Position numbers and translations under genes: made by a program. The notes under the pieces are model-generated. The model was not told the DNA's origin. It saw only the letters and a list, made by a program, of their open reading frames with translations, and did no database searches. From an uncultured Bacilli bacterium (lineage in GTDB: Bacteria; Bacillota_I; Bacilli_A; RFN20; CAG-826): a DNA stretch of 64,000 nt. Position 1 is the first letter of the stretch, and each line of letters opens with the position of its first letter. Location of the stretch: positions 5,617 through 69,616 of the forward strand of contig CALVOX010000007.1 of the NCBI GenBank assembly GCA_944350425.1, in the 5' to 3' direction. Below, in pieces: positions 1 to 8,848 of the stretch.

Positions 1-388
1 ACGGTCAAATTTCTTGTTCTTTTTTGCTTCATTATGCATCTTAAAGGCCGATTGAATGTAATATTTTCCCTTAGAATTATTCATATTTACGACAAAATCG
101 ATTTCATAAGAACATTTTTTATTATTTTCGTCAGTGCTATCAACTACTCCAACATCAACGCTATATCCTCTAGAAATTAATTAACTATAAATTAAATTTT
201 CCATTAAATGAGTTTCTTTAAATTGACGAAAGTTTAGTCTTGCATTTAATAAACCTAAATCAACTGAATAATATTTATATAGGTATATTGATTCGCCTGA
301 ACATAGAGATCCATTAAATTACGTCTACTGGGAATTTTTAGATGCTGGTGTAAAAAATGTTAAAGGCGTTAGAAAAATACATGAAGAA

Positions 389-745
389 TTGTTTGAAAAG
401 GGTCTATATAAGGTATCAAATGACCCTATTTCGTATTTGAAAAATTTAAAATCTTCTGAATTAAGAGAACTTGCAAAAAAGTTAAATCTTCAAATTAAAG
501 GGAAAAAGGATGATTTTATTAATCAAATTAAAGCGAGTGTCAACTATAATACTTTAAAAAATATTTTTGGTTATGATATGTATGAATTTTCAGAAAAAGT
601 CTTTGATTATGGGGGAATTTTTGTAGACTTTAAGCGCGAATACAATAACTCTTTATCCGATAAATCAATTTCTTTTCTTGATTTTATTAAGTTAAGAGAA
701 ACAACAAGTGTTGATGAACTTAATTATAGGTATTTAAAAAAATAA
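389..745 (+). CDS. hypothetical protein with SAP/HeH-like helix motif (LKSSELRELAKKLNLQIKGKKDDFINQI); TTG start, reading frame open back to 266
   Basis: ORF track plus manual frame extension. No RBS and no family signature beyond the SAP-like motif. May be a degraded gene. Confidence 0.3.
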   Translation: MFEKGLYKVSNDPISYLKNLKSSELRELAKKLNLQIKGKKDDFINQIKASVNYNTLKNIFGYDMYEFSEKVFDYGGIFVDFKREYNNSLSDKSISFLDFIKLRETTSVDELNYRYLKK

Positions 746-890
746 ATGACACAAAACGGCTTGAAAACTATGACAAAAATAAAAAAATGAATGTGTTCAA
801 GAGTCTAAAGATCTACTTAAAACATTTTATATTGAATTAAGTGGAACTATTTATAATGTAGAGAATTGGAAAGAATTTAAAAAAATTAGG

Positions 891-1160
891 TTGAAACCCG
901 AAAACCGGAGAGATGTTCCTATTAAATTTAATTCTAATTTAGTAAACAGCATTAAAGCTAACGCAGAATATATTAATGATGAAATGATTACTAAAGCTAC
1001 AACAGAAAAGCTGGTCTTTACTGCTTGCCCACCAGAATTATTTAAAAATATAATTAAGTTAATAATTGAAGATAAATTTGATCGAGAAACAAAAAAGAAA
1101 ATAGAAGAAGCTTTAAATAATAATCTATCTACTATTAGAAATAATTTATACGGATTTTAA
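891..1160 (+). CDS. hypothetical small protein (TTG start, frame open from 783)
   Basis: ORF track only. No RBS and no recognisable motifs. Possibly a gene remnant. Confidence 0.2.
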   Translation: MKPENRRDVPIKFNSNLVNSIKANAEYINDEMITKATTEKLVFTACPPELFKNIIKLIIEDKFDRETKKKIEEALNNNLSTIRNNLYGF

Positions 1161-1252
1161 TTAGTGAAAATCAAGTTGGTAATTAAAATCACTAAAATTT
1201 ATAGAATAAGTTGTAAATTAAATTCTAAAGAAGTTTATTAATTTTTTAGAGA

Positions 1253-2635
1253 TCAATCTTTATAAAAATCCTTTAATGTAAATAAGTTATATTTTTCTTT
1301 ATCAAAATCATTTTTAAATCCATTTTTGGAAACAAATCCTAATTTATAGAAATTTATGTCTAAATTCTTGATTTGTTCTTCCTCTTCCGTGATAACTTTT
1401 TTACCTATTTTATCTTTTGTAAATTTACATTCATATGAAATATAACCATTTTTGTCTTTAGTTACACAATCAAATTCTCTATTGGTTTTATTTTTTGCAT
1501 CGTTATAAAAATATGTTCCTATTTCTGTTATAATCGGACTAATTTCTCCTTTTATGTTTTTTCTATGTAGAAAAGATTTCGTAATTTCTTCAAATTTTTT
1601 AGGTATATAACTACTGTAAAAATCTTCTTTTATGAATGCTTCAAAAAATTGGTTTGGATTTTCTCTTAATTCAATATAAGATGGATCGTATAAATAACGA
1701 TAATAGAAACTTAAAAAATTGTCTTCAAAAACAAAGAAAGTTTTTCTATTATTAGATTTGTCATTAATTGGTGTTATTCTTTTAACGATATCCATATCTT
1801 CAAGTTTTTCTAAAAGATATTCGTTTCTGTTGTTACCCTTAGATTTGAGAGTTGAGATGATATCGGATTTTTTTGTTTTTCCTTTTGCTATAAGAGAAAT
1901 AGTTTCACTTAAAAGTGGTAAGTTTTTAGTTTCAGAATATATTGAATTTACTCCGAATTCTAGAATAGAATTTTTAGAAATAATTAAGTTCTTAATATTA
2001 TCTAAGGCTGTTAAATTGTTATTAATTAGGCTATTAAAAAATGGTAAGCCTCCAAACGTAGAATACATAATGATTTTATCTTCATCACTATAATTTTTAT
2101 AAAATAATGAAGATTCATAATAATTAAATGGTCTTACTGGAATTATATGATTAAATCTGCCATAACAATGAGAACTATGTTCAAGGAGTTTAATCATTAA
2201 ACCTACATAACTACCAGAGATAACAATCTTTAGTTTTGAATCATTAATATATTTATCAATAAATACAGCAAGGATTGATTCGACGGTAAAATCTCGTTCA
2301 AGCAAGAAAGAGAATTCATCTATAATTAAAATTATTTTTTTCGTCAAAGATTGTTCGAATATAAATTCGAAAATACCTTCAAATGAGTGAAAATCAAGAT
2401 AATTTATATTAAAAACATCTTTTATTCTTTTGCTTAGTCTTTTAATATTAAGTTCCAAAGTTCCTCTAACAGCTTCAAATTTTATGATAATGCAATCTTT
2501 AACTCCTTTTAGTGAACTATTAATTAACTCAGTTTTTCCAACTCTTCTTATTCCATAGATTAATATCGACTCAAATTTGTCGGAACTATAAGCGTTAATT
2601 AGTTCAGTTAGTTCTTTTTGTCTACCGATAAACAT
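1253..2635 (-). CDS. AAA-type ATP-binding protein (Arch_ATPase/DUF234-like architecture)
   Basis: N-terminal Walker A GIRRVGKTEL, DExx-like IIDEF, 460 aa. The family is assigned from motif layout only. Confidence 0.55.
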   Translation of the reverse strand: MFIGRQKELTELINAYSSDKFESILIYGIRRVGKTELINSSLKGVKDCIIIKFEAVRGTLELNIKRLSKRIKDVFNINYLDFHSFEGIFEFIFEQSLTKKIILIIDEFSFLLERDFTVESILAVFIDKYINDSKLKIVISGSYVGLMIKLLEHSSHCYGRFNHIIPVRPFNYYESSLFYKNYSDEDKIIMYSTFGGLPFFNSLINNNLTALDNIKNLIISKNSILEFGVNSIYSETKNLPLLSETISLIAKGKTKKSDIISTLKSKGNNRNEYLLEKLEDMDIVKRITPINDKSNNRKTFFVFEDNFLSFYYRYLYDPSYIELRENPNQFFEAFIKEDFYSSYIPKKFEEITKSFLHRKNIKGEISPIITEIGTYFYNDAKNKTNREFDCVTKDKNGYISYECKFTKDKIGKKVITEEEEQIKNLDINFYKLGFVSKNGFKNDFDKEKYNLFTLKDFYKD

Positions 2636-2647
2636 AACATTATCTCC

Positions 2648-2758
2648 TTTTACAAATAAATTTGTAACAAATTCATTTGTATTATAACTAAAAAGATTTT
2701 ATTAATAAAGCCTTATTTTCAGTTTTTACAAATAAATTTGTAACAAATCGATTTGTAT
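2648..2758. promoter_or_regulatory. two copies of a ~35-bp operator-like element (TTTTACAAATAAATTTGTAACAAAT[TC/CG]ATTTGTAT), each with nested palindromes, in the divergent promoter region
   Basis: Direct repeats read at 2648-2682 and 2724-2758. Internal palindromes TTACAAATAAATTTGTAA and ACAAATnnATTTGT. Confidence 0.4.
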
Positions 2759-2863
2759 AAAGTTAGAGATAATCATTTTCATTTACAATTTAAGTAATAT
2801 TACTTAACTAAATAGTTAAGTTTTTGTAAAATTAGAGTATTAAATCAAAAGAAAGGAGAGAAG

Positions 2864-3385
2864 ATGGAACAAAAGAAAAGTAAAGTAAAAGTTGATAAAA
2901 GAAAAGATGAAAATGGTAAAAACATCTATTCTTTTGATTTAAAGAAATTATCTAATTCAAATAAGAATATTAATAGTAATATTAAAAATAATAAAGATAA
3001 GATAAGAGTATATGCTTTTGAAATACCTATTTCAAAAGGAGACTTTTCTTTAGATAACTATGATTCATTTGATGATATTATCGATGAATTAGATCTTGAT
3101 GATGAATATAAAACTAATTTAAAAGAAGAATTACTTGAATTAACGAATAAAACAATTAAAGAAGATTTATTAGAAGAAGATAAAAATAATAATGAAGAAG
3201 ATGATGATTCTTTAGAATCTTTGATTAAGAAACTAGCTAAAACTTTAAATGAAACTAATGATAAATTATCTTTAGAAGATAAAGCTAAATTAAAAGAATA
3301 TTTAAATAACAAGAAATCTAAATTAAATGATGATTTAGATTTAAACGATAGTCCGACTAATAAGAAGAATAAGAAAGATAAGTAA
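2864..3385 (+). CDS. hypothetical acidic, low-complexity K/E/D/N-rich protein
   Basis: RBS AAAGGAGAGAAG upstream of ATG. 173 aa with biased composition. Confidence 0.45.
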   Translation: MEQKKSKVKVDKRKDENGKNIYSFDLKKLSNSNKNINSNIKNNKDKIRVYAFEIPISKGDFSLDNYDSFDDIIDELDLDDEYKTNLKEELLELTNKTIKEDLLEEDKNNNEEDDDSLESLIKKLAKTLNETNDKLSLEDKAKLKEYLNNKKSKLNDDLDLNDSPTNKKNKKDK

Positions 3386-3389
3386 TTTA

Positions 3390-4433
3390 ATGGAAGATAA
3401 AAATATTACTAATAAGGTAGGTAGTTATCTAGAAGAAATAGATAATTCTAAAAATGATACTCATATCTATGTAATCATGGGGCCAACAGCTTCTTCTAAA
3501 TCGAAGTTAGCTAGTTTTTTACTTAATTATTTAGGAGGGTCTTCTAAAGCTAAAATCATTAATTTTGATGCTTATCAAATATATAAAGAAATGGATATTG
3601 GTACGGCTAAACCTTCTAAAGAAGAACTAGATTTACTTTCACCTATAGATAATACTAAAACGTTACTTTTATATGATTATCTTTTACCAAGTGAATCAAA
3701 TGATATATATTTCTATCAAAATATCTCTAGAGAATTAATAAGAAAATATATTACTAATTATAACCTTATTTTTGTCGGTGGAAGTGGATTATATATTAAA
3801 GCATCATTATTTGATTATCATCTCTATAACGAAGATGATAATCAAATAAAATATAATGAAAAAGAATATGAACTTAAATATAAAGATCTAAGTAATTTAG
3901 AACTATATAATAAGTTACTTATTCTTGATAAAAATGATGCTTTAAGAATTGGAAATAATAATCGTAAAAGATTACTTAGATCTTTATATATTAATGAATA
4001 TTATCATTTAACTAAAGATGAGTTAAATGATAATGGTAAAGATAGACTATATTTTAATAATACTAGTAATGATTTAATTAAGTTTATTTATATTAATCCT
4101 AGTAAAGAGATACTTGATAAAAGAATTAGAGAAAGAGTAGAAGAAGTAATGTTTAAAGATAACTTATTACTTAATGAAGTTAAAACTATCTTAACTAAAT
4201 ATGGTTCATCTTCTAATTCTTTTAAAGCTATCGGATATAAAGAGTTTATCGATAAAGATAATAACAATGCTATTCGTAACGATTTAGATAATGTCAAAGA
4301 AGAAATAATTCGTAATACGATTAAATATGCTAAAAGACAAAGAACATTCTTTAATCATCAATTTAATAGCGTTAACGTTAATCAATATAATAGTGTAGAA
4401 GATGCTATTAAGAATATAGATGATTTTTTTTAA
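3390..4433 (+). CDS. miaA: tRNA dimethylallyltransferase-like (MiaA family, divergent)
   Basis: P-loop-like IYVIMGPTASSKSKLA followed by DAYQIYKEMDIGTAKP, compared with the MiaA motif DSMQVYRGMDIGTAKP. 347 aa. Confidence 0.5.
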   Translation: MEDKNITNKVGSYLEEIDNSKNDTHIYVIMGPTASSKSKLASFLLNYLGGSSKAKIINFDAYQIYKEMDIGTAKPSKEELDLLSPIDNTKTLLLYDYLLPSESNDIYFYQNISRELIRKYITNYNLIFVGGSGLYIKASLFDYHLYNEDDNQIKYNEKEYELKYKDLSNLELYNKLLILDKNDALRIGNNNRKRLLRSLYINEYYHLTKDELNDNGKDRLYFNNTSNDLIKFIYINPSKEILDKRIRERVEEVMFKDNLLLNEVKTILTKYGSSSNSFKAIGYKEFIDKDNNNAIRNDLDNVKEEIIRNTIKYAKRQRTFFNHQFNSVNVNQYNSVEDAIKNIDDFF

Positions 4434-4485
4434 TATGATTATTTCTCAAATAAATATATATTTAATAACTAATTAAATAAAGTAA

Positions 4486-4526
4486 AACAGGAAGCTAATT
4501 TAGCTTCCTGTTTATTTGTTTTGTTT
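4486..4526. terminator. bidirectional rho-independent terminator (AACAGGAAGCTA-ATT-TAGCTTCCTGTT) flanked by A and T runs
   Basis: Perfect 12-bp stem read directly. It lies between convergent miaA and the lipoprotein A extension. Confidence 0.6.
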
Positions 4527-4556
4527 ACTAATTTTTATTTTATTAGTATTGATTTA

Positions 4557-5063
4557 TTACTTAAGAACAACCTTTACATCAGCTGGTGTAGCACCTTCAG
4601 CTTCAACTGTTCCAGTAATTGTAAGAGATGTAGCTCCATCAACGTTAACGAGTTTTGCAAAATCTTCCATTGAAAGTTTAATTGAAACTTCATTATCGTT
4701 AATTGTGGCTTCGCCCAATGATGTTTCTACATCCTTAATGGATTTAGAAGTAGCATAAGAAGTATCATCAAGTTTTACGTTACCTAAATTAATTTTTAAT
4801 GTAACGGATTGAAATACTTGAGAAACAGTGGAATAAATCAATTTACCATTATTATCAGAACTTAGATATGTTCTTAATTTAGTAATATCATATTCAACGC
4901 CATAATCGTTACTTGATAATAATTGCATATAGCCAACAAAAGGATTTTCTTCAGCTGAGTCAAAGCCTAAATCTCCAAGTAATCCTGTTAATTTCATGAC
5001 TTCAACTTCTTTAGTTTCATCATTAAATGCGGCTTCACTTCCTGAATCTAATCCAAGAATGAA
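4557..5063 (-). pseudogene. in-frame C-terminal continuation of lipoprotein paralog A, separated from 5064-7709 by a single TAA and with no other stop
   Basis: Same frame as 5064-7709 (5064-4557=507). Hand translation across 4998-5063 is open: ...GLK*FILGLDSGSEAAFNDETKEVEVMKLTG... Confidence 0.5.
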
Positions 5064-7709
5064 TTATTTTAGTCCTGTATATGCAGATCCATCTCCATTG
5101 ACATCGCCTAAAACGATGCTAGCTCCGCTTAATTGAATATCAGATATTAGTTGCCTGGGATTTTCCTCAGCACCTAAAACTTCAGTTGTTAAATCAATGA
5201 ATGCATTAACAGATGTAATAGTTTTGCAACTTAAGTCAATTGCGCCACTAGTTGCACTATCTTTGATTACATAACCAGTTGCAGTTCCATCTTTTGCAAC
5301 AACCTTATGACCAATAAATGATAACAATTCATTATATTGTTTGCCATAAACAACTGATTCTTGAACTGTACAATCACTGATTAAATTTTGATATTTTTGA
5401 TTTAACCAATTCTTTGTTTCGCTTAAGAAGTTAGCAACATCAGCATCATATAATGAAGTTAAATTAGAATTAGTTGTAAATCTATTTACTGTACTAACAC
5501 TAGCTTCACCTGAAATGATGTCGTCGACCATATCATCGAATGCTTCTTTGAAAGTTGAAACGTTATTTTCTTCAGCATTGAAGAAATCTTCGTATCCTTC
5601 TTCAACAGCAGTAACAAATGCATGAACTTTCTTATCTAATGTTCCTAAAGCTTTACCTGCGGTTTGTAAGCCTTCTGCAGCAGAAGCTAAATCTTTCATA
5701 GTGGAAAGTTTGTTATTTGTCCAAGTTGTAGTAATATCAGCTACTGTGACATAATTTGAACTTTCTAATTCTTTTGGTAAATATTTTTCACCTAATTTTG
5801 TTTTGAAATCAGCAACGACATCTTTGTATCTAGCAGATTGTCTTGTTAAAGCTACTTGTAAATTTTGTTTAACGGCAGCAACGTTTGCACATGATTTTAA
5901 TTGTCCTTCATATGTAGAAACGATGGATGCGTATAAGGAAGGATTGCTATTTTTGACTTTTGAATATACGGAATATTTTCCTAAATCAGCACCAACTTCA
6001 ACATAACCGTCTTTATTTACTGTATTACCACTTGCTAAATAAGGGTTTGCATATTCTTTATCCCAAGTTAAAACGTTAGCAACAGATTTGAAACCTACTA
6101 ATTTTTGTCCTTGATAAACTGGAGCACCGAAAATTGAACCATAAAGTGGATCTTTTGCTGCGATTTCTTCGGCTTGAGCTTTTAATGTTTTTAATGCGTC
6201 AGCAACAGCGTTTTCAATACGTTCTGCTTTGAAAGCTTGAAGACCATTAGCGACAACTGCATCTTCTAAAGCGATTTCGATTCTACCGATTAAGCCAGAA
6301 GTTGCATCAACATAGGATTCAATTGTTTTTGAATTGTCCTTATCTTCATTAACGAAGTTAGAAACAGTACCTTCAACAACGCCTTTTAATGTGACTTTAG
6401 CATTTGGAGAAGATGATAATGATTTAGCATCATCAATTTCTTTTGTGTATGAAGCAACAATACCTTCGACTAATTTTTCTTTAACGCCATCATATGTATC
6501 ATTGATTGCATCAACGCCTTCTTTTTGTAAAGCAATTTCGTTTTTGTTATTTAATGGTAATTCTGTTGCAGCACTTACTTTTGATGCATATTCTTCATAA
6601 ACTGCTCCAGGTAAAGTTTCAACTGATACACCATATTGAGCAAGTAAAGTAACCATTGCATCATAAGCTTCTTCAGCATTCTTATTTGCTTCTGGATCTA
6701 ACCAATCTTCTTTTGTAATTAAAGTTTCATAAGCATCTTGTAAACCTTCTAATGCAGTTTGCTTTCTTAAAGTTAATGTTGTTAATGTACCTTCAGCGAA
6801 AATAACTTTTGTTCCATCTTTACAAGCATGTTCGTTAACAACTTTAGAAATTTCTTCTAATGTTGTAGCAGCTTCGATAGCTGCTTTTGCAGTTTCTGCA
6901 TCTTTAGTTGAATCTTCTTCAGTGTATTTTTCGTTTGTAACACCTTCGATTAAGTCATCAACCATTGATGGTGCTAAAGATTTAGCATTATCAACCAATA
7001 ATTTATATTCATTTTGTAAAACTGTAACACCTTCTTGAGCAGCTTTTTTAGCAGCTTCTAATTTTTCAGTAGCAGTAGCACTATCTTCTAAATCGTTTAC
7101 AGCGTCTTCTACGTCGCCTTTTAATTCTTCTAATTTATCAAATAATGAATCATCAGCAAATGTAGCCTCAGCATATAAAGCATTTACACCTTTATCATCT
7201 TTTGTTCCATCTGGTGCTCTGAAAATTAAATGATCTTTATCAGTGATTTCTTCTAAGGCATTTTCTAATAAAGATTGTCCATATGAAGTTGCATCATTCC
7301 ATACTGCACCTGTTACTTGGATTGTACCATCATAAACATCAGCATCAGAAATAGTATAAGTTGAAGATGCAGGATCAAAATCAGTTACTGGTTCACCATT
7401 GATTTCAAAATAGACGAGTAAATTTTTAGTTTCATCTTTTGGTGTGAAAGTGAATGTTACTTTATCGTGTTCGCCTTCTGTAACGAAGTAAACATCTTGT
7501 TTAACACTACCACCTTGAATGTTATTGTCATTAATAACGATGACATCTTTGTAGGTTTTACCATCAACACCATCTTTACCTGGTTGACCGTCTTCCCCTG
7601 GTTTGCCTGGTTCACCTGGTGTACCTGGAGTTGTTTGATTACATGAAGAAACAACTAAACCTAAGGATAAGCATAAAGCTCCTAAAGTTAATAAATTTTT
7701 CTTTTTCAT
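5064..7709 (-). CDS. large surface lipoprotein, paralog A (881 aa to the TAA; ~1051 aa if read through), collagen-like GXY tract after the lipobox
   Basis: Signal peptide MKKKNLLTLGALCLSLGLVVSSC (lipobox VSSC), then GTPGEPGKPGEDGQPGKDGVDGK. Homologous throughout to the 8700-11687 and 11815-14835 proteins. Confidence 0.8.
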   Translation of the reverse strand: MKKKNLLTLGALCLSLGLVVSSCNQTTPGTPGEPGKPGEDGQPGKDGVDGKTYKDVIVINDNNIQGGSVKQDVYFVTEGEHDKVTFTFTPKDETKNLLVYFEINGEPVTDFDPASSTYTISDADVYDGTIQVTGAVWNDATSYGQSLLENALEEITDKDHLIFRAPDGTKDDKGVNALYAEATFADDSLFDKLEELKGDVEDAVNDLEDSATATEKLEAAKKAAQEGVTVLQNEYKLLVDNAKSLAPSMVDDLIEGVTNEKYTEEDSTKDAETAKAAIEAATTLEEISKVVNEHACKDGTKVIFAEGTLTTLTLRKQTALEGLQDAYETLITKEDWLDPEANKNAEEAYDAMVTLLAQYGVSVETLPGAVYEEYASKVSAATELPLNNKNEIALQKEGVDAINDTYDGVKEKLVEGIVASYTKEIDDAKSLSSSPNAKVTLKGVVEGTVSNFVNEDKDNSKTIESYVDATSGLIGRIEIALEDAVVANGLQAFKAERIENAVADALKTLKAQAEEIAAKDPLYGSIFGAPVYQGQKLVGFKSVANVLTWDKEYANPYLASGNTVNKDGYVEVGADLGKYSVYSKVKNSNPSLYASIVSTYEGQLKSCANVAAVKQNLQVALTRQSARYKDVVADFKTKLGEKYLPKELESSNYVTVADITTTWTNNKLSTMKDLASAAEGLQTAGKALGTLDKKVHAFVTAVEEGYEDFFNAEENNVSTFKEAFDDMVDDIISGEASVSTVNRFTTNSNLTSLYDADVANFLSETKNWLNQKYQNLISDCTVQESVVYGKQYNELLSFIGHKVVAKDGTATGYVIKDSATSGAIDLSCKTITSVNAFIDLTTEVLGAEENPRQLISDIQLSGASIVLGDVNGDGSAYTGLK

Positions 7710-7779
7710 AAATTAATTTAATCTCCTTAATGTAAAAAGAAAGTTTCTATTAAATAAGTGTTAGAAGAAAAAGAAAAAT
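7630..7779 (-). repeat. 5' cassette of paralog A (70-nt 5'UTR plus the first ~80 nt of CDS), identical to 14756-14905 as a direct repeat and inverted relative to the B copy
   Basis: Base-by-base comparison of 7630-7779 with 14756-14905. Confidence 0.8.
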
Positions 7780-7932
7780 TTAATCATATTAGCTAATAGC
7801 CATACATTTATTGTGTTTTAAAACTTTGATTTTTATATAGTTCTAAACAAAATAACTTTTTAGTTTTTAATACTAAAATTTTTGAATAATAAACCTTTGA
7901 AATAGAAACTTTTTTATTTTTAACTATTTTTT

Positions 7933-7940
7933 TGTATAAT
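7933..7940 (+). promoter_or_regulatory. extended -10 element TGTATAAT preceded by a T7 tract, inside the 1-kb ORF-free spacer
   Basis: TTTTTTTGTATAATAATC read directly. It is followed by the hairpin TGTCTTTC-TTTA-GAAAGACA at ~7976-7995. Confidence 0.3.
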
Positions 7941-8564
7941 AATCGGAGTTAAAATTCTAGTGATTATTAAAATTTTGTCTTTCTTTAGAAAGACATGATT
8001 CTAAAGAAAGTTACAAATTATTCTAAAAAAGCTCTTAAAGTGACACTAGTAGAAAATTAGTAAAAATGTATTGCATAATAGAAACTTTAATAGTATTATA
8101 TAGGTGTCGTTATGGAACGTAACTCTTTTTGTTATCGAAAAATTAATTAAAATAAATAATGATTATTGTTATTGCTATAACATACTATTAATCATTATTT
8201 AGATAAATTGATTTAGCGATAATCTTAATTAGAAAGAATTAATTAATGTATTATCTACTTAATTAATTAAGAAAGAGTGGATTAAAGATGTAATAGTTAT
8301 TGCTTCGTTTAAATTGTTTAAATAAAGATAACTATCTACATGAATCGATAACTATTTATTATATTGTCTTAAGTTATCTTTATTACTTCTTAGCAAGTAG
8401 CTAAGAAGATTAAAATCAACCTGATGTTGATTTTAATTAAACAAGTTAGATAGTACTTAATAATTGTTATTTTCTTTGGTTCACAAACTGCTATTAATTA
8501 AATAGAAATACATAAAATTAATTTGATCTTGTTAGGAAAGTTGTTAACTCTAATTTGTCAATTA

Positions 8565-8593
8565 AAAAAGTAAATAATATATAAGAGGACAAT
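8565..8593 (+). promoter_or_regulatory. sigma-A promoter for lipoprotein B (TTGTCA-17 nt-TATATA), ~107 nt upstream of its ATG
   Basis: -35 at 8565-8570, 17-nt spacer, -10 at 8588-8593. Confidence 0.5.
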
Positions 8594-8654
8594 TAGATTA
8601 GATAAGTTTACTAATCATTTGAAGTCAAATTTAGACTCGTGGTTATATTACTTA

Positions 8655-8848
8655 TTTAATAGAAAGTTTCTTTTTACATTAAGGAGATTAAATTAATTTA
8701 TGAAAAAGAAAAATTTATTAACTTTAGGAGCTTTATGCTTATCCTTAGGTTTAGTTGTTTCTTCATGTAACAACACTCCTGAAAAAGGCGATCCAGGTGA
8801 ACCAGGTGTAGATGGTCAACCAGGTAAAGATGGTGTCGATGGAAAAAC
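8655..8848 (+). repeat. ~194-bp 5' cassette of paralog B (UTR + signal peptide + GXY region), an inverted repeat of 14687-14880 with one mismatch
   Basis: Direct comparison. Identity runs through codon 51 (…GVDGKTY) and then breaks. Confidence 0.8.

Noticed and set aside
1-183. Open frames on both strands at the left window edge (plus-strand frame 1-183; minus-strand frame with a possible Met at 84)
   Set aside because: Both are truncated by the window. Neither has a clear start or RBS, and they mutually overlap. Not enough evidence to call.
3058-3312. Short ORFs antisense to or nested within longer genes (3058-3312, 4088-4297, 4516-4758, 5803-6006, 6334-6600, 7457-7654, 8877-9083, 10108-10326, 12155-12391, 15597-15821, 17813-18103, 24071-24268, 26159-26467, 35423-35788 and others in the track)
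   Set aside because: Each lies wholly inside a well-supported longer CDS on the other strand or frame. They show low-complexity or codon-shadow composition and have no RBS. They were treated as spurious.
8112-8150. 12-codon mini-ORF (MERNSFCYRKIN) in the A/B spacer
   Set aside because: No convincing RBS. AT-rich DNA produces such ORFs by chance. Noted only as a possible leader peptide.
7710-8699. Repetitive AT-rich spacer considered as a possible CRISPR array or IS element
   Set aside because: It has no regular repeat-spacer periodicity, no terminal inverted repeats, and no transposase ORF.
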